A DNA stretch of 11,606 nt from Phycisphaerae bacterium (lineage in GTDB: Bacteria > Planctomycetota > Phycisphaerae > UBA1845): positions 1 through 11,606 of the forward strand of contig JBGPAW010000076.1 in NCBI GenBank assembly GCA_041480905.1, written 5' to 3'. Within the stretch, counting starts at the first letter, position 1; each line of letters begins with the position of its first letter. The notes under the pieces were generated by a model. That model did not search any database. It had not been told where the DNA came from and saw only the letters and a list, made by a program, of their open reading frames with translations. Below are positions 6,294-11,606 of the stretch, one piece after another. The translations under genes and the position numbers were made by a program.

Positions 6294-7412
6294 TTATCGC
6301 AGCTTCCGGGCGACTTCCTCCGCCACCTCCAAAGTCGTGTTGTTCAAACCCACGTCGTAGGTGCCGACGCGGTGTTCCTTGATGACCTGGGCGATGGCAT
6401 TCTCCAGCCGCTGGGCCGTTGCGGTCTCTCCCAGCCACTCGAACATGAGCTTGCAGGTGAGCAGCATGGCCATCGGGTTCACCTTGTACAGGTCCGCGTA
6501 CTTGGGCGCGCTCCCGTGGGTCGGTTCGAACACCGCGTAGTGGTCGCCGATGTTGGCCGCACTGGCGAACCCCATGCCGCCCACCAGCCCCGCCGCCAGA
6601 TCGGAAATGATGTCGCCGAACATGTTCTCCGCCACGATGATGTCGTAACTGTGCGGGTTCTTCACCAGCCACATGCACTGGGAGTCGATGTTCGTCTCGT
6701 ATAGCGGGATGCCCGGATAGTTCTTGGCCACTTCGCGGGCCGTCCGCATCATCAGTCCGCCGGTCTCCCGCAACACGTTGGGCTTGTCACACACGGTGAC
6801 GGACTTGCGGCCGTGCTTCTTGGCGTACTCAAACGCCTGGTTGACGATGTTTCGGCACGCCGGCCGCGTCATGATCCGTGTGGAGAGGGCAATGTTTTCC
6901 AGGCCGGCCTGCCCGAACGGTTTCATCTTCGGGTGTTCGCACAGGGCGTCGAACACTTTTTGCGGCAGCGGGTGGAACTCCACGCCGCCGTACATGCCCT
7001 CGGTGTTCTCGCGGAAGATCACGAGGTCGATGCCCTCCCGATAGTTCAGCGGGTTGCCCGGGTAAGCCTTGCACGGCCGCAGGTTGGTGTGCAGGTTCAA
7101 CACCTGCCGGAGTTTCACGATGGGCGAGAAATAGACGTACCCCTTCCCCTTGAGCGCAGGATCGAGTTCCGCGTCGGCTTCTTCCTTGGGTTTGGACGTG
7201 ATGGCCCCGAACAGCGCGCACTGCGTCTGCTTGAACAGCGCCAGGGTGCGCTCCGGCAGGGCCTCGCCCTCTTTGCGCCAGAACTCCCAGCCGATGTCGC
7301 CGGGGACGTACTCAGCATCGAACTTCAGCGCGTCGAGCACGATCCGCGCCGCTTGCATCACGTCGCGCCCGATGCCGTCGCCGGGCAGCCATGCAACCTT
7401 GTACTGTGCCAT
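6294..7412 (-). CDS. Isocitrate/isopropylmalate dehydrogenase family protein (NAD(P)-dependent beta-decarboxylating dehydrogenase). The exact substrate cannot be resolved.
   Basis: The N-terminal LPGDGIGRDV nucleotide-binding start, the NLRP motif and the GDIISDLAAGLVGGMGFASAANIG segment are characteristic of the ICDH/IPMDH family. 372 aa. ATG at 7412. Confidence 0.85.
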   Translation of the reverse strand: MAQYKVAWLPGDGIGRDVMQAARIVLDALKFDAEYVPGDIGWEFWRKEGEALPERTLALFKQTQCALFGAITSKPKEEADAELDPALKGKGYVYFSPIVKLRQVLNLHTNLRPCKAYPGNPLNYREGIDLVIFRENTEGMYGGVEFHPLPQKVFDALCEHPKMKPFGQAGLENIALSTRIMTRPACRNIVNQAFEYAKKHGRKSVTVCDKPNVLRETGGLMMRTAREVAKNYPGIPLYETNIDSQCMWLVKNPHSYDIIVAENMFGDIISDLAAGLVGGMGFASAANIGDHYAVFEPTHGSAPKYADLYKVNPMAMLLTCKLMFEWLGETATAQRLENAIAQVIKEHRVGTYDVGLNNTTLEVAEEVARKLR

Positions 7413-7428
7413 GCTTATCTCGCTCCAC

Positions 7429-7797
7429 TCACTCTGGGACGAAGACCGCAGTATAATACGGAACGCGCTCGGCGCCGATGGTGTGGGGGTTCTCGGTGGA
7501 GGAGTCGCCGGGGCCTTTCCAGTGATCGAACCGCCATCCCGCAGCCGGACTGGCGGTGAGGGTCGCCATGTACCCCAGGTACCGGATATCGACGCTGCCG
7601 TCTCCGGTGATCAGCCCGATTTCTCCGGTCGGACCCACGGTTCGGGGCGAGAGCACGGCCTGGCATCCCGCCACGAGCCATGGGAGGCTGCCCACGAACA
7701 GGAGCATGACGGCTGCCAGTTTCAATCCCGCGGCGAACCGAACGGAGGGCCCCCGGGAGAGGATGATCGCATCATGGGTTGAAGAACTGGTCGTCAT
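7429..7797 (-). CDS. Small putative lipoprotein/secreted protein with a hydrophobic stretch ending in the lipobox-like LVAGC. Hypothetical.
   Basis: ATG 7797 overlaps the cupin stop as ATGA, indicating translational coupling. GC3 is high. A GTG at 7842 with a GGAGG RBS is an alternative longer start. Confidence 0.4.
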   Translation of the reverse strand: MTTSSSTHDAIILSRGPSVRFAAGLKLAAVMLLFVGSLPWLVAGCQAVLSPRTVGPTGEIGLITGDGSVDIRYLGYMATLTASPAAGWRFDHWKGPGDSSTENPHTIGAERVPYYTAVFVPE

Positions 7798-8147
7798 CGG
7801 CAGCAATCCTGCGGGGCCGGAATCAGACAGATAAGCGCGCACGCCGCCTCCGAGCGGTTGACCAACTGATGGCGTTCGTTGGCGGGAATGAAAACGACGT
7901 CGCCGGCCTTGAACGGTCTCTCGCCTTGCGCGCTGATGGCTACGCCGGAGCCCTTTAGCACGAGGATCTCGTGCTCATAGTCGTGGGCGTGGTGGGGGGT
8001 ACAACCGCCTGGGGCCACCTCAAAGTGGCGCATGTGGAAGTTCCGCGCCTCGTCCTCGGGCCCGATCAGCATCCGCATTCTGGCTCCGCGGGCCCCGTCG
8101 AGGGTGACCTCGACCTGCGAATGAGATTCGATCGCCTGGACTTTCAT
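7794..8147 (-). CDS. Cupin_2-domain protein.
   Basis: Both cupin motifs are present: G(x)5HxH(x)3-4E(x)6G (GGCTPHHAHDYEHEILVLKG) and G(x)5PxG(x)2H(x)3N (GDVVFIPANERHQLVN). ATG at 8147 is preceded by AGGAG. The six-frame ORF begins at TTG 8168, which lies inside that RBS. Confidence 0.7.
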   Translation of the reverse strand: MKVQAIESHSQVEVTLDGARGARMRMLIGPEDEARNFHMRHFEVAPGGCTPHHAHDYEHEILVLKGSGVAISAQGERPFKAGDVVFIPANERHQLVNRSEAACALICLIPAPQDCCR

Positions 8148-8183
8148 GTTCTCTGTAACTCCTAGCAATTCCCCACCGCCACA

Positions 8184-9932
8184 TCAACTTCTGCCCGCCG
8201 CCCGTAAGCGGGCAGCTTCCTGCAGGGCGCGAGCGGCGTCCTCTTCGCGCTGCATGCCTTTCAACCGCATGCCCAGATTATAGTGTCCTTCCCAGGACCT
8301 GGGTACCTCGGCCGCCGCACGTTCCAGGACCGCCAGGGGGTCGGCGCCTAAAGTCTTGCGCACGTAGCAACGGTCCCCGCGGGGATCCGCGTAAAGCAGC
8401 GCGTATTGCGCTTGGAGGTAGTCTTTCAACTCGGGAGTCATCGGAATCCGGTTCCGCCACGAGAGGTGAATGACCCCCGGCTCATACCGTTCCAGCAGAC
8501 GGACCAGGGCCTCCATCGTCAGGTGCCCGCTACGCATGCGTTTCACCGAGGTGACGCTGAGTTCGGGCGGCACGATCATGCTGGCGCTGAAGGCCAGCAT
8601 CTGCCGGTCGGTGACCGCGTAATCGGTGCGGTCCTTGAATTGCTTGAGCACCGCCACCGTGTACAAGTCACCGGTGGTCAACGCGGTGTAGGGTCTGGCG
8701 TAGTCGAGCTCGCGCTGGAACTTCGCCGGAATCTGCGTGGCGGCGAGAATCCCGAAACCGAGAGCCGGCAGCACGGTGAGCAGCGCGTAGGCCGACGGCA
8801 GCCCGCGCCAGGGCAGCCAGGCCCGCCACAGCTCGCGCGAGAACAACGCGCCCGCCCCCATCCCCGCCGTCCAGCACAACGGGACTCCCAGAAGCGGATA
8901 GTGGTGATACCACAGCGGCCGATGCATATAGAGCGATACGTAAGCCAACATGCACCAAACGACGGGCAGGAGGGAGAACCAGTCGCGCTTCCGCAGGATT
9001 TGAAGCAACCCGACCAAGCCGAGCAACGCAAAGGCGTAGTCGGCTTTGACCATCCCCGAAAACACCTCCGCGAAACCCGCGCTGCTCATCTCCCTCTTGG
9101 CGTCCAGGTGCGGTTGGAGCAACTGAACGAGCTCGCCGGGAGGAATAGTGAGGAGGAAGAGGACCGCGCCGGCTACGACCATGCTGCCGCACCACAAGCC
9201 CACAGGTAGGAACCAACGCCGGTTCGGCGGCGGCTGCTTCTGTTTCGACCACGCGGTGTGCAGCACCGCCAGAAAGAGCAACGGCGCCATCAGCAAGGCG
9301 AACAGTTTGGTGAACAGCGCGAACACCAGCAACACGCCCGACGCCATCAGCCAGCCCGCGTGGGGCGCCCGCCGGTATCGGGCCAGCGCGTAGATCGACA
9401 ACATGGCGAACATCAGTGTGGGCAGGGCCAGCATGACCGAGACACTCAAGGCCAGATACCGGTAGGAAGTGATCAGGAGGAACGCCGAGACCAGAGCCGC
9501 CGGGTGCCCCCAGGAAAGTCGAACGGTCTGGTATACGGCCCAGAGCAGGACCGTGGCGCACAACAAGACCAGCACTCGGCCCTGGGGCACCGTCCAAGAG
9601 GTCAGGGCGAACCAACCGCGGAGTAAATAGGTGAACAAGGGCGGCTGATCGCTCCAGATTTCCGCGTACAAGGCATGCCCTTTGGCCAGCATCAGGGCCT
9701 TGATGACGTTGTTGCCTTCGTCGGGATCAAACTCGAAGACGGCGTGAAAGGGGTGCCAGAACCAGACGAAGAGGAAGAACACCACCGGCACCGTCACGTG
9801 AGCGACGAGGTCGAGGACTTTGCCGGAGAGCAGGTACCGCGGCGTTTTTTCCTTCACGGGGGTGGCACCGGCGGAGCGCGGGGCCTCCGCGCGGCGTGGG
9901 TTCCGATCCGGTTTGCTCCGAGCTTTCGTCAT
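8184..9932 (-). CDS. GT-C superfamily membrane glycosyltransferase of the ArnT/PMT-like, polyprenyl-phosphate-sugar-dependent class. It has ~12 TM segments and a TPR-like C-terminal tail.
   Basis: Polytopic hydrophobic profile, with an FEFDPDEGNNVIKALMLAKGHALYAE acidic first-loop motif typical of the PMT_2/ArnT family. 582 aa. ATG at 9932. Confidence 0.75.
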   Translation of the reverse strand: MTKARSKPDRNPRRAEAPRSAGATPVKEKTPRYLLSGKVLDLVAHVTVPVVFFLFVWFWHPFHAVFEFDPDEGNNVIKALMLAKGHALYAEIWSDQPPLFTYLLRGWFALTSWTVPQGRVLVLLCATVLLWAVYQTVRLSWGHPAALVSAFLLITSYRYLALSVSVMLALPTLMFAMLSIYALARYRRAPHAGWLMASGVLLVFALFTKLFALLMAPLLFLAVLHTAWSKQKQPPPNRRWFLPVGLWCGSMVVAGAVLFLLTIPPGELVQLLQPHLDAKREMSSAGFAEVFSGMVKADYAFALLGLVGLLQILRKRDWFSLLPVVWCMLAYVSLYMHRPLWYHHYPLLGVPLCWTAGMGAGALFSRELWRAWLPWRGLPSAYALLTVLPALGFGILAATQIPAKFQRELDYARPYTALTTGDLYTVAVLKQFKDRTDYAVTDRQMLAFSASMIVPPELSVTSVKRMRSGHLTMEALVRLLERYEPGVIHLSWRNRIPMTPELKDYLQAQYALLYADPRGDRCYVRKTLGADPLAVLERAAAEVPRSWEGHYNLGMRLKGMQREEDAARALQEAARLRAAGRS

Positions 9933-10020
9933 GTCCCTCGAGGTTCTGCGTCAGTGACGCCGCCCGCGCGTTTTCTCGCCTACCCGCAGGAGTATTGTGG
10001 AGGCGGTGTTTGAATCGTGC

Positions 10021-10043
10021 AACCGCGGATGCCTGCCGCGGTT
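10021..10043. promoter_or_regulatory. Perfect 8-bp inverted repeat AACCGCGG-N7-CCGCGGTT followed by TT, in the divergent GT-C/GT2 promoter region 22 nt upstream of the GT2 start. Either a candidate dimeric TF operator or a 5'-leader hairpin.
   Basis: Read directly: 10021-10028 aaccgcgg, 10036-10043 ccgcggtt. Confidence 0.3.
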
Positions 10044-10064
10044 TTCCCGCTATGATACGCAGCG

Positions 10065-10835
10065 ATGGAGGCCGTCGAACGGCAGTTGTCGATCATCGTC
10101 CCGACTTACCGGGAAGCGCCCAACCTGCGCCCGCTGTGCCAGCGCGTCTTCACCGCAACCCGCGCCGCGGAGATCACGGCGGAGCTGATCGTGGTGGACG
10201 ACGACTCGAACGACGGCTCGGAGGTCCTGGTGCGGGAACTATCCGCCGAGTACGACATCCGCATCGTGGTCCGCAAGGGCGAACGCGGACTGAGTTCCGC
10301 GGTGCTCCGCGGTTTCTCCGAAGCCCGCCACGACGTCTTTCTGGTGATAGATGCCGACCTTTCTCATCCGCCCGAAAGCATCCCGGAGGTCAGCGAAAAA
10401 GTATTCTCCGGCGAAGCGGAGTTTGCCCTCGGTTCCCGCTATGTCGGGGGAGGTGAGATGCGGGACTGGCCTTTTCTTCGGAAACTGAACAGTTGGGCGG
10501 CCACCGTGCTGGCCCGGCCGCTGACGCCCGTGCGCGACCCCATGGCCGGCTTCTTTTGCTTGCGGCGGGAGACCTGGCAACGGGCGGAGCGGCTCAACCC
10601 CATCGGCTATAAGATCGCACTAGAGCTGATGGTGAAGTGTCGCTGCCGTCGCTGCGCAGAAATCCCCATTGTGTTTCAAGATCGGCTCCACGGGGAGAGC
10701 AAGCTGACCGTGCGGCAACAGTGGTTGTACTTACGGCAAATCGCCGGTCTGTATTGGTTTCGCTTTCGCGTCGCCGTGATCGTCGGCGTCGTCCTGGTGC
10801 TGGTTCTGGTGATGGGGCTGATCGCCGCGGTTTAG
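10065..10835 (+). CDS. GT2 polyprenyl-phosphate mannose (or hexose) synthase, Dpm1/Ppm1/ArnC/GtrB-like, with a C-terminal TM anchor.
   Basis: It carries the IIVPTYRE start, VVDDDSNDGS (DxD-type) and IDADLSHPPESIPE motifs, which closely match the DADLSHHP signature of dolichol-phosphate mannose synthase. The C-terminal VAVIVGVVLVLVLVMGLIAAV is a TM helix. Confidence 0.85.
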   Translation: MEAVERQLSIIVPTYREAPNLRPLCQRVFTATRAAEITAELIVVDDDSNDGSEVLVRELSAEYDIRIVVRKGERGLSSAVLRGFSEARHDVFLVIDADLSHPPESIPEVSEKVFSGEAEFALGSRYVGGGEMRDWPFLRKLNSWAATVLARPLTPVRDPMAGFFCLRRETWQRAERLNPIGYKIALELMVKCRCRRCAEIPIVFQDRLHGESKLTVRQQWLYLRQIAGLYWFRFRVAVIVGVVLVLVLVMGLIAAV

Positions 10836-11521
10836 CGGGGCGGGGCAACCTGGCAGGCTTGATAGAGGGCCTCCGCTGGACCCCAGCCCAAGCGTTCGCT
10901 GACTTGCCCCAGGCGGCGCAATTCGTCCCCGCTCAGCGGGATGACCTTGCCGAGCAGTCGGGCGAGCAGCGTGATGTAGGCCGCGTGCTCGATCTTTTCG
11001 AGCCTGAAGTAGGCCTCGCGCAAATCAGCCCCCACCGTCAACGAACCGTGGCGTTGCAGAAGCAACCCGTCGTGGTTGCGGATCACGTCCCGGATGACCT
11101 CCGCGCTCTCTTCGCTCGAAGGCGTGGCGTAGCGGGTCGTGGGGATGGTCCCGAACCCGACCACCACCTCGGGGATCACGCACTGCGCGAGCGACTCGCC
11201 GGCGAAGCTGAACGCATTGGCGATGGGCGGATGGGCGTGGACCACGGCGTGAACGTCGGCGCGGAAGCGGTAGACGGCCAGGTGCAGGGCCAGTTCGGAG
11301 GTCGGCTTGCCCGGTCCCGTCAGGAACCGGCCGCTCAGGTCCACGACCGGCAAGTCAGCGGGTTGCAGCTCGCCGAGGCAGGAGCCGCTGGGCGTCACCA
11401 GCAGGCGATCGCCGGAGAGCCGATGACTGAGATTGCCATCGGTGGCGGCCACAAAGCCTTTGGCGTAGATCCGCTTGCCGATCTCGACCATGCTCCGGCG
11501 GATGTGCCACTCGCTGTCCAT
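10832..11521 (-). CDS. Class II aldolase/adducin family protein (FucA/MtnB-like).
   Basis: Motifs TDGNLSHR, LVTPSG, KPTSELALH and VVHAHPP (metal-binding His) are present. It overlaps the GT2 gene convergently by 4 nt. Confidence 0.8.
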   Translation of the reverse strand: MDSEWHIRRSMVEIGKRIYAKGFVAATDGNLSHRLSGDRLLVTPSGSCLGELQPADLPVVDLSGRFLTGPGKPTSELALHLAVYRFRADVHAVVHAHPPIANAFSFAGESLAQCVIPEVVVGFGTIPTTRYATPSSEESAEVIRDVIRNHDGLLLQRHGSLTVGADLREAYFRLEKIEHAAYITLLARLLGKVIPLSGDELRRLGQVSERLGWGPAEALYQACQVAPPR

Positions 11522-11524
11522 GTG

Positions 11525-11606
11525 TTACTCGACGGTGATCTCGTCCACGATCCCGATGATCACCGAACGGACCGGGGCCTGCGGATCGCCGATGACCTGC
11601 CGGGCC
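11525..11606 (-). CDS. Partial CDS, C-terminal 26 codons only (..ARQVIGDPQAPVRSVIIGIVDEITVE*). Product unknown. Its stop lies 3 nt upstream of the aldolase ATG.
   Basis: Open frame to the window edge with high GC3. TAA at 11525-11527. Tight coupling with the downstream aldolase suggests an operon. Confidence 0.35.
   Translation of the reverse strand, partial: ARQVIGDPQAPVRSVIIGIVDEITVE

Noticed and set aside
6516-6532. ggttcgaacacc, a tRNA T-arm-like GGTTCGAA motif.
   Set aside because: It lies inside the dehydrogenase CDS with no surrounding acceptor or anticodon stem structure, so it is not a tRNA.
8406-9615. Alternative-frame ORFs (8406-9209 +, 8668-9615 -, 9258-9626 +) inside the GT-C gene.
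   Set aside because: They are frame-shifted shadows within a well-supported polytopic membrane protein gene and have a low-complexity R/Q/G-rich composition.
1-11606. Scan for CRISPR arrays, rRNA or tandem direct repeats.
   Set aside because: No regularly spaced direct repeats or rRNA-like conserved stretches were seen. The only reiterated DNA is short in-gene repeats (gtcggcgcc units in nfeD, the EA-coil codons in flotillin).

Overview
This is a high-GC (~65%) bacterial chromosomal segment with 14 supportable protein-coding genes and no rRNA, tRNA or CRISPR. I cannot assign a taxon from the sequence alone.

The 5' end (1-2100, + strand) is the most accessory-looking part of the window and the best candidate for an undescribed system. 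It holds the C-terminal Zn-ribbon tail of a truncated gene, a HEPN-like (RNxxAHG motif) protein whose C-terminal ~90 codons are markedly AT-rich and which carries a G9 homopolymer tract, and two translationally coupled small ORFs of unknown function. An AT-rich convergent spacer bounds it. The call is speculative and rests on motif and context only.

The rest of the window is one long minus-strand gene array. It runs GT-C (ArnT/PMT-like) glycosyltransferase -> cupin -> small lipoprotein -> isocitrate/isopropylmalate dehydrogenase family enzyme -> structured intergenic element -> beta-carbonic anhydrase -> NfeD/YqiJ-like membrane protein -> flotillin/YqiK-like SPFH protein. Downstream of this array there is a divergently transcribed GT2 polyprenyl-phosphate mannose synthase-like gene, a class II aldolase and a partial C-terminal ORF.

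Other notable points are a ~65-aa Asp/His-rich repeat loop in the NfeD protein, a palindrome-rich GC element flanked by 13-bp direct repeats between the dehydrogenase and carbonic anhydrase genes, and perfect inverted repeats in two promoter regions.
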